A stretch of DNA of 64,000 nucleotides from an uncultured Desulfosarcina sp. (GCA_963674945.2 CAXXWQ010000004.1:1184001-1248000), one strand, 5' to 3'; shown: positions 1 to 10,602, counted from the stretch's first letter. Notes: generated from the letters alone by a model not told the origin. Translations and numbers: made by a program.

Positions 1-46
1 CCGCCGAGAGCATAGCCCAATAGAACCAACCAAACGAATTTGTCAT
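1..46 (-). CDS. N-terminus of probable EamA/DMT-family membrane protein (runs off the window edge)
   Basis: ATG at 46 preceded by GGGAGG RBS; translates MTNSFGWFYWAMLSA, resembling the W..WAxLSA start of small EamA transporters. Only 15 codons visible. Confidence 0.5.
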   Translation of the reverse strand, partial: MTNSFGWFYWAMLSA

Positions 47-533
47 ATGCCTCCCTCTGTATGTAAATCCTATAATATCACCTTTGCAAATCTGGACTTT
101 TTATTTTTGACCCAAAAAACAGACTTTAGGATAATCTGTATGAAGGAAACAACCCTTTTTTATATCACCATTTTTCATTGTAACTTTTATGCTGCATTTA
201 AAAATGATAGGAAATTTTGGCAGCCACACCGAGTGGAGCAAACGGATCGATTGTTCCCGTGTTGCCCGTATTCCTTTCGGTGACTTCATATTTCCGGAAA
301 GTCTGATCGAAACAGCCAAAATCCAAAATCTCAAGTTTGATTTTAACCGCATTTCTTCCTCCTTGCCGTCAATTTGATTTCACAACCATTGCATTAACAT
401 TAGCGATGCTTAGCAACAATATCACTAATATTGTTAAAAGATCCTGCCACGCAAGACGACATTAAATATTGTGTGGTCCTCCTTTATAAAGATAAAAAGA
501 GTAGGTAATTTTACAATTAAATAGCAGTAAAAG

Positions 534-549
534 ATGAAGAAAGGATGAA
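534..549 (-). promoter_or_regulatory. Direct-repeat box TTCATCCTTTCTTCAT (putative OmpR/PhoB-family regulator site, copy 1)
   Basis: TTCAT-N6-TTCAT; TATTTA follows after 10 nt on the minus strand; four more copies in the window. Confidence 0.65.
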
Positions 550-755
550 GATGAACATTTCAGTCCGACTATGAAAGCCCTCGCACCCAAGGTGTCAGCC
601 AGAAACAATGGAAGCAGGCTGTGGGTCATTTCGGACGAGATGTCCATTTGGCAATGTATGAAAAACTGATGCGGAACCCCATCGCCCGGATGACGCAATA
701 CAGCCAAAGACCGTCAGCCAAAAAGCATGGCGCCTGTTCATAAAAGCACTGTGTT

Positions 756-2813
756 TTACCATGCCAGTAGTACCTCGCCCCGCCATCGAGACCATTGATG
801 CTCTCGGTCGCTTCGAAGCTCTTGATCCGTTCGACGAACCCATAGTACAGAGAACCTCTCACGGAATGTTTGTGCCAAAATGCCCAATGGTCGTTCATAG
901 TCGCCGGTATCTATTGCTGTGGTGATCAAGCCTGCCAGGCTTCGGCCCTGCTGCTTTTCTATGGTTCCCATGAAAAGATGAAGAACGCTGTTCCCCTCGA
1001 TTTTGACATCAGGTGACCACAGGCGAATTACGAGACGGCTGTCGCCATCCATCCGGACAAGACGCAAACGCTCCTCTCTGCCGTCGTGGAGCCGAGGCAA
1101 AACCGGCAGCTGTTCAATCGGCGTGTTCGGAGAAAACATTCCAAGGACACTTTTCAGGCTCAGCGGCTGCGGTTGCCGCCAGCCTTCATCCGTGAGAAAA
1201 CGGACCAGCTCGGCAGACAGCCCGACCCACTGAACGGTGAGCGGCTGCTCGAGATCACCTCCCATGTCAATTCGCCAGGCTGGCAGGCCTCGCCATCCAT
1301 CGGTTTGCCAAAGAGAGAGCGTCATGGTTTTCTCCTCATGGCGAGGGGCGTAAAACACCAGATCCTTCTCGTGTCGCTGGGCCACATGCCAGATCCCGGC
1401 AACGGCGATAACAAGGACAACCGTTGATGACAGCAAACGACGTGGAATCTTCTCATCAGCCGTCTTCAGCCAGGCGATTCCCATGAACGCCGTCCAGCTT
1501 ATGCCGATGAAATAGCCTCCCAGGACATCGGAGAGCCAGTGCGCGCCCAGATAAAGGCGGGAAAAACCAATCATAAATGAGATAAAAAGAACCCCTGAAA
1601 ACAATCCCAACCGCCACGCCCCGGACAGCTTCCTGGCCAGCAAGATGGCAAGGAAGCCATAGAGAATCAAACTCATGGTCGTGTGGCCGCTGGGAAAACC
1701 AAAGGCCGAAGCGCCATGGTATATCGCTACAGGGCGCGGTAAATGGATGGCCCATTTGAGCAACTGAACGCCCAACAGCCCGCCCAGTGCGGTCATCACC
1801 CAGAAACCCGCTGTGCGGTAGCATCGCTTGACAAGAAGAACAATCAACACCGTACCGGCAAGTGACAGGTTCACAAAGGAATCGCCCAGTTCGGTTATGG
1901 CCACAAAAGCGCTGTCGCCCCATACGGTCCGAAGAGACTGAAAAAAATGGTAAACGGACTGGTCGGCAAGCACCAGGGGGTCTTTGGCCAGAACATCCTG
2001 CAGGACGCCTAAAAAACCCCATGCGGTGATAAAAAGCGTAACGGCCAAAAAGGCGACTGGTAACGCCTCTCCCTGCTCCCGGAAAAGCAGAAAGCGAAAA
2101 AAGCGTTGAAAAGGACGCGCAAGCCGGTGAGACGGTCTTTTCGTGGTGGCCCACTGCTTGAGCGCACAAAGCCAGACGGGCCCTTTTCGTGCAAACAAAG
2201 AGACCACCCGGTGACACCCCCAGATGAGACCCCATATGGCGGCCGCCAGAACTAAAGCGACCACGGCCAGTCGCGTGCTGACCGCTCCGGCCACCGTCAG
2301 TGAGGTTCCGAAAAAAAGGCCGGGGAGAATATAAACCAAAGCCCAGCCGATGGCCGAAAACAAATTAACGACGGTAAATTGGATTGGCCGCATGCCCAGC
2401 ATTCCGGACACAACCGGGATGACCGGACGCACCGGTCCCACGAACCGTCCAAGCAGGACGCTTTTGCCCCCGTGCCGGTAGAAAAAGGCAGCTCCTTTGG
2501 TTAACATTTCAGGATAGCGGCAAAAGGGCCAGATATCTTCAAGGCTCTCTTTGTAGTGGCGCCCCAGCCAGTAACTGACGCCATCGCCGGCAATGGCTCC
2601 GGAGATGGCCAGCAGCAAAACAGGCACGAGCCTTAAACTGCCCGTCGCCACGATGGCCCCGACGCCGAACATGATGACTGTGCCGGGAACCAGCAGGCCG
2701 ACCAAGGCCAGGGACTCGGAGAAAGAAACCAGGAAAACCACACCGTAGGCTATTCCAGGATATTGGTCTATATGGGCCAGCAAGATATTTAGGTAATGCA
2801 TCACGGATAGCAT
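756..2813 (-). CDS. DedA / PAP2 phosphatase / LssY-like C-terminal domain fusion membrane protein
   Basis: N-terminal DedA motifs (SFSES..GLLVPG, GRFVGPVR); PAP2 motifs PRP, FPSGH, SRLYLGAHWLSDV; soluble C-terminal domain; 685 aa. Confidence 0.85.
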   Translation of the reverse strand: MLSVMHYLNILLAHIDQYPGIAYGVVFLVSFSESLALVGLLVPGTVIMFGVGAIVATGSLRLVPVLLLAISGAIAGDGVSYWLGRHYKESLEDIWPFCRYPEMLTKGAAFFYRHGGKSVLLGRFVGPVRPVIPVVSGMLGMRPIQFTVVNLFSAIGWALVYILPGLFFGTSLTVAGAVSTRLAVVALVLAAAIWGLIWGCHRVVSLFARKGPVWLCALKQWATTKRPSHRLARPFQRFFRFLLFREQGEALPVAFLAVTLFITAWGFLGVLQDVLAKDPLVLADQSVYHFFQSLRTVWGDSAFVAITELGDSFVNLSLAGTVLIVLLVKRCYRTAGFWVMTALGGLLGVQLLKWAIHLPRPVAIYHGASAFGFPSGHTTMSLILYGFLAILLARKLSGAWRLGLFSGVLFISFMIGFSRLYLGAHWLSDVLGGYFIGISWTAFMGIAWLKTADEKIPRRLLSSTVVLVIAVAGIWHVAQRHEKDLVFYAPRHEEKTMTLSLWQTDGWRGLPAWRIDMGGDLEQPLTVQWVGLSAELVRFLTDEGWRQPQPLSLKSVLGMFSPNTPIEQLPVLPRLHDGREERLRLVRMDGDSRLVIRLWSPDVKIEGNSVLHLFMGTIEKQQGRSLAGLITTAIDTGDYERPLGILAQTFRERFSVLWVRRTDQELRSDREHQWSRWRGEVLLAW

Positions 2814-2842
2814 CCTTTATTGACGCTACTATAAAAAACATC

Positions 2843-2858
2843 ATGATGAAAGCATGAA
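2843..2858 (-). promoter_or_regulatory. Direct-repeat box TTCATGCTTTCATCAT (copy 2) with TATAGT -10
   Basis: Box followed 9 nt later by TATAGT (2833-2828), just upstream of the DedA-PAP2 start at 2813. Confidence 0.7.
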
Positions 2859-3134
2859 CAGAATCGTGCTGAATTCACTTTTTTCTCTACCCCAACGGCT
2901 TTGACTACGGTAGGCGTTATCGTCTAAGTCCTCCAAGTCATCGACGAAGCCGATGCACATGGGACTCCAATCAATGTAACAAACCAATTCTAAGAGTTAG
3001 AAATTGTCTCTGAACATGATTGACTGATACAGGTTTGGAAACAAGCGGCCGTGGAGCTGATTCCAACGGTTGAAGATTACTGTTTATCCCGTCAACAAGC
3101 GGCGTATGACTGTAATAAATCAAAATCAGGCAAA

Positions 3135-3701
3135 TTACCACTCAATATTGATGTTTATGCCGTAGCATCCTGCGTCCGCAAATGGACTTACTGTGACCGC
3201 GTCATAGGGAGTCGTAAGAAATATGGTACTCAAGATCCCGACAGCGGCGCCTCCCAAAACGTCGGTTAAATCGTGTTTGTCTGATTCACCTTCGACTCTA
3301 CTCCACCCAACGTAGGAGGCGCCGATATATGCCGGTAGGCCATATTTCCAGCCGTACCTTTTCTGGATAAACGTAGCACCCTGAAATGCCGCCGATGTAT
3401 GACCCGAAGGAAACGAATAGTCGCCATGCGCTTCCGGACGAGGTTTGTTTATGGCGTACTTCAACCCGTAGGTAACGGCAAGGTTAGTGAAGAATGAATA
3501 GTAAAATTGTGTCCTTCCCTCATCATCATCCATATAAAAAGTAGACAAGCAGGCCGTGGCGGGAATCGCAATCTGTAAAATATCTCCCGTTAGCTCAAAG
3601 TTGCTTTCTGCGGCACTGGCAACCGATACTTTTAACCATATCATTATCAAGAAAAAAATGAACACTATCCGTTGTGATGCTACGATCCATTTTTTTTTCA
3701 T
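3135..3701 (-). CDS. PAP2-family phosphatase, lipid A 1-phosphatase (LpxE)-like
   Basis: KPRP, FPSGH and SRV....H...DV motifs; N-terminal signal peptide; ATG at 3701 with AGAGG RBS preferred over the track start 3734. LpxE activity is inferred from family and context. Confidence 0.75.
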   Translation of the reverse strand: MKKKWIVASQRIVFIFFLIMIWLKVSVASAAESNFELTGDILQIAIPATACLSTFYMDDDEGRTQFYYSFFTNLAVTYGLKYAINKPRPEAHGDYSFPSGHTSAAFQGATFIQKRYGWKYGLPAYIGASYVGWSRVEGESDKHDLTDVLGGAAVGILSTIFLTTPYDAVTVSPFADAGCYGININIEW

Positions 3702-3797
3702 GTTGATACCTCTTATTGATGGATAATCCGGCAACTACATCTCTAAGATGAGTGACATGATGTCCCTGTCATTTAACACCACTATAGAAAAACCTTC

Positions 3798-3813
3798 ATG
3801 AAGAAAGAATGAA
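3798..3813 (-). promoter_or_regulatory. Direct-repeat box TTCATTCTTTCTTCAT (copy 3) with TATAGT -10
   Basis: Box followed 11 nt later by TATAGT (3786-3781), upstream of the PAP2 gene. Confidence 0.7.
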
Positions 3814-4199
3814 CAATATGGAAGTAAAATATTACTTCTAAACACAAATATTTTTGTTGATATATCTGCATGTTATCGTAACACAACCGAGGATTCATCA
3901 TTTTAAATCCTTCTCGATTGGTAAATCTTCAATTCATTTATTGATGGGCCGTTGGGTTTTGAAAAACAATAAAAGTCCGCCGTTGCATAACAACGGATAA
4001 GGGGATATTTCTCCAGATCATTTGTAAGTTCTTAATGGCCTGAATAGTTGGAAGGAGCGGGGTCGTTGATAAGTCGATCCGCCAGTAGACGTAGCGGATA
4101 TGTGTTCATGGAAGCAGCCGTGCCGAACTAAGATATTTTTAGGAATCGGATCGGCAAATGATTGATGATCAGCCGTCCTGCAAAAAAAAACGGTGTTGT

Positions 4200-5591
4200 T
4201 TATTTTGGAAGCGTAACCCAAACCCGGGTCCATTCTCCCGGCCGGCTTTCCATCTTGACCGTTCCACCGTGCAACATGATGATCCGCTTGACTATGGCCA
4301 GCCCAAGCCCCGACCCGCCGTGCTCGAGCGACCTGGATTTCTCGACCCGGAAAAATTGATTGAATACCTTGTCAATGTCTTCCTCGGTGATACCCGGACC
4401 GGAATTGGTAACGGATATGCTCACCCGGCCATCCGTATGATCACCTTCAATAGTAATAAAGCCGTCTTCTGAGTTGTATCTGATGGCGTTATCCAGAATA
4501 TTTGAGAAGGCCCGGGTCAGTTTTACCACATCACCCAGGACCGTGCAGGATTCGGGTAGACGGCAATCTACATGAATGTGTTGTGCTTCAGCGATAAACC
4601 GGTACTCATCAACCAGCGGGGTAATGATCGACGCCACAGACAACGGCCTCTGCTCGATCGAATCCGACATCTCCAGCGCCGACAGTTTGAGCAGGTCTTT
4701 CACCAGCCGATCCATTCGCCGAACCTGGGCGTTCAAGCGCAGCAAGTTCTCGCGTGTGGAATCGGGCAAATTTTCAATATCATTTGTGCAGACCTCATCG
4801 ATGGCAAGGCGCATGGTGGTCAACGGAGTTTTCAATTCATGGGAAGTGTCAAAAAGAAAATTCCGTTGGTTATCAAAAGAATGTTGCAGGCGATCCAGCA
4901 TTCGGTTGATGGTTCTGGCCAGTTCATTGAATTCATCCTGCTCCGATCCGGCGGGCAGGCGTTGATCAAGATTCTTCTCACTGATGTCCTTGGCCATGTC
5001 CTTCATCTTGCCGATCGGTTTGAGGATCTTACCGGCGATAAAATGGCTGATCGCGACGAGAACCAGGCTGGAGAGGACCAGCCCTGCGATCAGACTGAAA
5101 ACAAGCTCCCAGATTTCTTCCTGCAGTTTTTCAATGGGGCGGGCGATTTGAACGTTGAAATCTTTCCCTTTCAGACCAAATGCAAAGCTTTTAATTCGAA
5201 AAGGGGTTTTGCGGCTGCTGCTCTTCCCTTGTGATAAAAGTCCGGTGGGGATCGCTACCCTGATGGTCGTGCTGGTACCTGGAGCGAGCAGGGGAAGGCT
5301 CACTATATGTGTCAATCCGGACTGGTGAAGCAATTTTCCCGAATCCTGCTCAACAATCTTGAGCCAAAAGGAGTAAATTTCATTTGCTGCAGGGTCGGGA
5401 TGCGTTTTCCCCGGTTCCTCCTCTCTTGCCACAATCGTTCTCAGAGCTCTTTGCGCCTCCATTTCGAGCTCCATATCCAGAATTTCGAAAGGCTGTTCTA
5501 TCAGCTCAAAAAAAACCGCGATGGAAAACACCAGACTCGCAACAAAGCCGGCCCCGGCAACCAGCAGAGAAATTCTTCTTCTAACGGTCAT
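4200..5591 (-). CDS. Sensor histidine kinase (HAMP-HisKA-HATPase)
   Basis: Two TM segments, HAMP, SHELKTPL H-box, NILDNAIRY N-box, GSGLGL G2 box. Confidence 0.95.
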   Translation of the reverse strand: MTVRRRISLLVAGAGFVASLVFSIAVFFELIEQPFEILDMELEMEAQRALRTIVAREEEPGKTHPDPAANEIYSFWLKIVEQDSGKLLHQSGLTHIVSLPLLAPGTSTTIRVAIPTGLLSQGKSSSRKTPFRIKSFAFGLKGKDFNVQIARPIEKLQEEIWELVFSLIAGLVLSSLVLVAISHFIAGKILKPIGKMKDMAKDISEKNLDQRLPAGSEQDEFNELARTINRMLDRLQHSFDNQRNFLFDTSHELKTPLTTMRLAIDEVCTNDIENLPDSTRENLLRLNAQVRRMDRLVKDLLKLSALEMSDSIEQRPLSVASIITPLVDEYRFIAEAQHIHVDCRLPESCTVLGDVVKLTRAFSNILDNAIRYNSEDGFITIEGDHTDGRVSISVTNSGPGITEEDIDKVFNQFFRVEKSRSLEHGGSGLGLAIVKRIIMLHGGTVKMESRPGEWTRVWVTLPK

Positions 5592-6271
5592 TCGTTTTTA
5601 TCCTTGATGGTGTAGCCCACGCCTCGGATGGTCTGAATCGTGTTCCCACCGCCTGTGTCCCCGATCTTTTTGCGTAAGTTTTTGATGTGAACATCCATGA
5701 AATTAGACATGTTAAATGGATCAAAGTCATCTCCCCATACATGCTCGGCCAGGCTGAATCGGGAAACCACCCTGTTTTTGTTATATAGCAGAAATTCCAG
5801 GATGGAAAATTCCCTTGGCGTCAGTTCCATCGGATTGTCCTTGTGCTTGACTTGACGGCTGACGGTGTCCAACTCTAAGTCTTGGGCTTTGAGCACTACG
5901 GTGGCCTGACTGCCGGATCGCCTAAGCAAGGCCCGGACACGTGCCATTAACTCTTCGGCGGAAAACGGTTTGGCCAGATAATCATCCGCACCTAAATCGA
6001 GGCCTTTGACTTTGTCTGCCGCGTCTCCCTTGGCGGTGAGCATCAGCACCGGGGTTTCGATCCCGCCTTCGCGCAACCCTTCGAGAACCGTCAGCCCATC
6101 GATGGTCGGCATCATAATGTCTAATATGATGAGATCGAAAGCGTTGTCGAAAATCTTATCCAGCGCAACCTGGCCATCGCCGGCCGTCTCCACTGTGTAT
6201 TTCTGATTGAGGAAAAGTTGCTGCAGTTGGTTGAGCAACGAGATATCATCATCTACTATCAGGATTTTCAT
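5588..6271 (-). CDS. OmpR/PhoB-family response regulator
   Basis: MKILIVDDD, LDIMMP, GADDYLAKPF, winged-helix TIRGVGY; 4-nt overlap with the kinase. Confidence 0.95.
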   Translation of the reverse strand: MKILIVDDDISLLNQLQQLFLNQKYTVETAGDGQVALDKIFDNAFDLIILDIMMPTIDGLTVLEGLREGGIETPVLMLTAKGDAADKVKGLDLGADDYLAKPFSAEELMARVRALLRRSGSQATVVLKAQDLELDTVSRQVKHKDNPMELTPREFSILEFLLYNKNRVVSRFSLAEHVWGDDFDPFNMSNFMDVHIKNLRKKIGDTGGGNTIQTIRGVGYTIKDKNE

Positions 6272-6277
6272 AAGCGC

Positions 6278-8029
6278 TCACTCTTCTGGTGTTTGCCCAG
6301 ATATCACACCAATTGGCCACTTCTGGATGGGGACGACCGAATATCTCCAGATCGTATACCCATCAGCCCCATTGCTATCCACCCTGTCCGGTCTGGGCAG
6401 CTGTGTTTTCCATCGCTCGAGGCTTTTCGATCGTGCAATCAACACCAGTTTTCCTCGATGCCACCCGATGAAATCCTTCACGGTATCCAGGGATATCAGG
6501 CGTTTTGAGGCATCGGGATATTTCATCCCATAGTGGAGTTCACCGGCACCGCCGAAAACATATAAATCATCCCGCTTCAGATACCAGCAATTGGCTCTGA
6601 CCGAATCTTCGTCGGAGAGAACCACCGTATCAGGCCCAATCTCCGATCGCCAGCGATCGATAAATGGCCCCGGAGCCTTTGACACCAGTGTCTGGTCTGG
6701 CAGCGTAAAATGGCCGACGAAAAACAGCAGCAGCGGTGAAAGACCGAATAAGATCATTTTTTTCATATTCGGCCGGCTTTTGAAAGCCAAAAAGCAGAAC
6801 AACATCATGAAGAGAAGCCCATTGACCACCATCAGCACCTTCCACGGGTGGATGTAAGGTCGAAATCCATGGTATCCCAGCCATTGGACACAGACAAAGG
6901 TCGCGAATACCGATGCAAACAGGATTCCGGTGCCGGAAATGCCCCATCGGATCGGCCGCCACATTCCCTTCACGATGGCGATTTCAAGGCCCATGGCCAC
7001 AAGAATGGCAAAAGGAGGAAAACAAGGCAGAATGTAGGTCAGCAACTTTCCTTTGGAGACCGAGAAGAACACGAATGGAAGAACCAGCCAGCAAATGCAA
7101 AAGCGGATCAGGTGGCGCTGCCGCCTCCCGAGATCGGACGACTGCCGGAGCCCCTTAAACGCAGCCGGCACCAGAAATGTCCATGGCAGGAACATGGCCG
7201 GTGCAACCATTAAAAAGTACCAAAGCGGCTCCTTGTGTTGTGCGGCGGCCCCCATGAATCGACGAATGTGTTCGTTCCAGAAGAAAAAATGCCAGAAATC
7301 CGGTTCCTTCAAACCGATTGCCACGCTCCAGGGCAAAGCCACCAGAATGGCGATAAACACCGGAAGCCAGCCCATTCGCAAGATGTCCAGGATTCGCCGT
7401 TGCCAAATCAGAAAAGGAACGAAGGCAAGAAACGGCAATGCAACGGCCAAAAACCCCTTGGTCAAAAAAGCCAGACCGGCCGCTGCTCCGGCCACTACCA
7501 GCCAACCGTTTTCAGCGATCGATCCCGCAGATTCTTCGGTGGCGACAAACAAAGCCATGGTGGACGCCGTTATGAAAAAAGCGAACAGATTGTCCAGCAC
7601 GGCAGTGTTGCCCACACCGAAGACTTCGAAGCAGGTGAGGAAAATGATTGTCGCCAGCACGGCGGTTTCCTGTCGCAAGCTGTTTTCCTTGCCGGCTCCG
7701 CGGGCGGTCAGCAGAAAGATCAGGATGGCCGACAAACCGACCGCCATGGCAGAGGGCAATCGAACGGCGAAGTTGTTTTCACCGAAAATCAGTATGGCCG
7801 CCGCATGCGCCCAATAGCCCAAAGCCGGCTTTTCAAAATACCGGACGCCATTGAGGTGGGGAACGACCCAATCGCCGGTTTCTATCATCTCACGGGGGAT
7901 TTCGGCATAGCGTGTCTCGTCTGGAACGATCAGATCCCTGGCGCCCAAAGGCAGGATGTAAACAACAACAAACACGGTCAAAAGAAGGCATTTGGCACGA
8001 TTAAATCTTAACATTGCTAGCGGCTCCAT
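6278..8029 (-). CDS. arnT: Lipid IVA 4-amino-4-deoxy-L-arabinose transferase (GT83)
   Basis: PDETRYAEIPREM...W..P...G.RYFEKP N-terminal motif, LTKG, KL.TYILP; multi-TM; arn operon adjacent. Confidence 0.9.
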   Translation of the reverse strand: MEPLAMLRFNRAKCLLLTVFVVVYILPLGARDLIVPDETRYAEIPREMIETGDWVVPHLNGVRYFEKPALGYWAHAAAILIFGENNFAVRLPSAMAVGLSAILIFLLTARGAGKENSLRQETAVLATIIFLTCFEVFGVGNTAVLDNLFAFFITASTMALFVATEESAGSIAENGWLVVAGAAAGLAFLTKGFLAVALPFLAFVPFLIWQRRILDILRMGWLPVFIAILVALPWSVAIGLKEPDFWHFFFWNEHIRRFMGAAAQHKEPLWYFLMVAPAMFLPWTFLVPAAFKGLRQSSDLGRRQRHLIRFCICWLVLPFVFFSVSKGKLLTYILPCFPPFAILVAMGLEIAIVKGMWRPIRWGISGTGILFASVFATFVCVQWLGYHGFRPYIHPWKVLMVVNGLLFMMLFCFLAFKSRPNMKKMILFGLSPLLLFFVGHFTLPDQTLVSKAPGPFIDRWRSEIGPDTVVLSDEDSVRANCWYLKRDDLYVFGGAGELHYGMKYPDASKRLISLDTVKDFIGWHRGKLVLIARSKSLERWKTQLPRPDRVDSNGADGYTIWRYSVVPIQKWPIGVISGQTPEE

Positions 8030-8076
8030 CGATCAGTTTTGGAGAATGTAACAGATTCTTTCACACATCTTCCTGA

Positions 8077-8643
8077 TCAACGCGGTATCGCTTTATTACG
8101 CCCGACGCTTTGTCGCCTGCGTTTGGTTTTGTTGAAGCCCATCCACCCTAAAATCAGGAGCGGAATCGTTGCGGCCACGACCACCACACGTCCAGACTGG
8201 AGAACAGGTTTTTGCCGAACATGAAACTGAATGGTCGGGCTGCTGTATATCTGGCGACCGCCGCGGTCGGCGGCGCTGACCACCACCTGGTAATCGCCAC
8301 CTTTAATCAACCGCATGGGCCAATCGGTACGCAGGAATTCGCCGGGTTTCAAGGTCGCTCCAGCGACAGCTTTGTGCGCGCTCCAGTCTTCCAGGTCCAC
8401 CGACTGTTCATTGCCCGGATCGATCTCCACCAAGCTGATCCAAGCCACCAGCCCCTCAATTGGCATTGTCCCCGTGTTGGTGATGGTGCTCCAAAATTTT
8501 AGGTGGTCTCCCATGACTGGAAGTGTCGAATTTTTTCCATCGGGCTGAAAATTGAGGGCCAAAGGGGCTTGGGCCGCCAATGAAATGGATGCGGCCAGAA
8601 GCATTGATGCAATGATGAACACCATGATTCTCCATATTCTCAA
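8077..8643 (-). CDS. Hypothetical exported protein with C-terminal membrane anchor
   Basis: Signal peptide (ASISLA), beta-rich soluble domain, C-terminal TM followed by a basic tail; lies within the operon. Confidence 0.7.
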   Translation of the reverse strand: MRIWRIMVFIIASMLLAASISLAAQAPLALNFQPDGKNSTLPVMGDHLKFWSTITNTGTMPIEGLVAWISLVEIDPGNEQSVDLEDWSAHKAVAGATLKPGEFLRTDWPMRLIKGGDYQVVVSAADRGGRQIYSSPTIQFHVRQKPVLQSGRVVVVAATIPLLILGWMGFNKTKRRRQSVGRNKAIPR

Positions 8644-8655
8644 AACGAAATCCCC

Positions 8656-9414
8656 CTATTGGAAGTTGGGATGGACAGCGCTGCGCCGGGCCGCGAACAG
8701 GCAAAGCAACAACCATGCGGTGACAAGGATCAGTCGTGTCGTCTGGGTCAAAAACGGATCACTGTCGATAATGACGCTATCGAAGGTGTTGAGTGCTCCG
8801 GCAAACGGGTTGATCGCATCCAGGATGCGGCCAATGGTGGTTCCGCGCAGGCCGGGTCCGATGATCAGCGGACTTGCGGCCAGCATCAACAGGGTGACCG
8901 AACTGAGCAGCGATGTCATGACGCTGCCTGTGCGGGCAGACAGCGCCATGGCCAGATAACCGAACCCGAGTACAACCGGGGTTCCGAAAAGGGCCAGGTT
9001 AAACAGGGCTGAGCCAAGGTTTTGTCCGCTCGCGCCCACGGCCCAAAGATAGGGTACACTCGTCATGAACATGACTCCCCAGGATGCCAGCATGCCTGTT
9101 GCCTTGCCAGCCAGCAAGGCATTCGGAGCGATGGGCGCGCACAAAAGGGGCACCAGGGTGCCGCGCTCCTTTTCTCCGGCATAGGCGTCGCTTCCTAAAA
9201 TGGCAGCCGATAACGCTCCTGCCGCCATGACGGCTCCAACCATCATATAGACTACCTGTGCGTTGTCGAGAAGACTCAGTTCGGTGTTGCTCACCAGCAG
9301 CAGACTAAACGCTGACAGCAGGCCGCTGAATGACAGCAACCACACCATGCCTCTTTGACTGAGCAGCATCTGGAAACTCTCTTTTCGGGCAATGGTCAAA
9401 GATGTGTTCATCAC
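8656..9414 (-). CDS. ABC-2 type transporter permease
   Basis: IARKE at the N-terminus, GEKERGTL..LL..P motif, six TMs. Confidence 0.9.
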   Translation of the reverse strand: MMNTSLTIARKESFQMLLSQRGMVWLLSFSGLLSAFSLLLVSNTELSLLDNAQVVYMMVGAVMAAGALSAAILGSDAYAGEKERGTLVPLLCAPIAPNALLAGKATGMLASWGVMFMTSVPYLWAVGASGQNLGSALFNLALFGTPVVLGFGYLAMALSARTGSVMTSLLSSVTLLMLAASPLIIGPGLRGTTIGRILDAINPFAGALNTFDSVIIDSDPFLTQTTRLILVTAWLLLCLFAARRSAVHPNFQ

Positions 9415-10373
9415 GTCACCTCCCGCGTTTGTTTCCGCTCCCGACCGGTATGACGTATATACATTTCCTCCAGATTGGATGCCTCGGAACGGATTTCAAG
9501 AATTCTCCAACCACGCCGCCACAACTCATCCCATAACGCAAACGGCCCTTCGGATGGCGTGATGTTGACCTGAACGTGCACCCATTCACCTTCTTGGGCA
9601 AGTACGACGACTTCATCCGGCCAGTTGCCTGAAATCAACTCATTTTGCAGGCGCAGACGGTAACGCTGACCACCCCTTTGATCCACCAACAGATCGCTAA
9701 GAGAACCTTCAATCTGGGTATGGCCGTTGTCGACAATCCCAATTCGGTTACACAACCGGTCCACATCATCCAACAGATGGGTGCACAACAGTACCCCGGT
9801 GTTTTTTTCAGCGACAAAACCGATCAAAAGGTCGTGAATCTCACACCTGCCCTTTGGATCGAGGCCATTGGTGGGTTCGTCCAAAATCAACAACCTGGGA
9901 TGGGTTATAAAAGCCCGTGCTACTGAAAGGCGCTGCTTCATTCCCCTGGAGTAAGTACCAATTAGACGGTGCCCATATTCGTCGAGTCCCACTTTTTCCA
10001 GTATGATTTTCAGATCCCGATCCGTCGATTCCAAACCATAAAGACGACCAAACCATTTAAGATAATCAGAGGCCGTCATCCATTCGTAGAATCCAGCCTT
10101 TTCAGGTATTATTCCTAACGAACGGCGAATGGAGACAGCGTTTTCCACTGGGTCCCCGCCCAAAACGCAGATACGCCCGCTTTGGTAAGCGTACAGCCCC
10201 AACAGCGCGAAAATCATAGTGGATTTGCCGGCTCCGTTCGGTCCCAGCAGACCATAGATATCGCCGGGCCGAAGGTGCAGCTCAATGCCCTTGAGAATTT
10301 CCTTACCCTCAATGCGTAAGTGCAGATTTTCGATGTCGATCATGCGATAAGCCTCAAATGGCAAACTGTTCAA
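9411..10373 (-). CDS. ABC transporter ATP-binding protein
   Basis: GPNGAGKST, YSRGMKQR, ILDEPTNGLD; start uncertain (TTG 10373, ATG 10343, or ATG 10487 across a TAG). Confidence 0.92.
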   Translation of the reverse strand: MNSLPFEAYRMIDIENLHLRIEGKEILKGIELHLRPGDIYGLLGPNGAGKSTMIFALLGLYAYQSGRICVLGGDPVENAVSIRRSLGIIPEKAGFYEWMTASDYLKWFGRLYGLESTDRDLKIILEKVGLDEYGHRLIGTYSRGMKQRLSVARAFITHPRLLILDEPTNGLDPKGRCEIHDLLIGFVAEKNTGVLLCTHLLDDVDRLCNRIGIVDNGHTQIEGSLSDLLVDQRGGQRYRLRLQNELISGNWPDEVVVLAQEGEWVHVQVNITPSEGPFALWDELWRRGWRILEIRSEASNLEEMYIRHTGRERKQTREVT

Positions 10374-10586
10374 ATCGTGGCCTTTAGCGGTCTTGCCGTG
10401 TGACAGCTAGCCCCAAGACAGTCTGATAAAAGGATTCCGAAGTGGCCGGGTTGTATCAATCCTTATCGCTCCGGTCGTTTTTTTCATGTTAATACCTCTC
10501 TTTCCCAGGTTTATCTGGAAGTGAGATCATAAGGACGCTTCATGGTCTTGGTCCCACTGTTTCGACGCCACCATAGTCCACTAAAA

Positions 10587-10602
10587 ATGAAGAAAGCATG
10601 AA
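10587..10602 (-). promoter_or_regulatory. Direct-repeat box TTCATGCTTTCTTCAT (copy 4) with TATGGT -10
   Basis: Box followed 11 nt later by TATGGT; faces the ABC-arnT-RR-HK operon. Confidence 0.7.
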
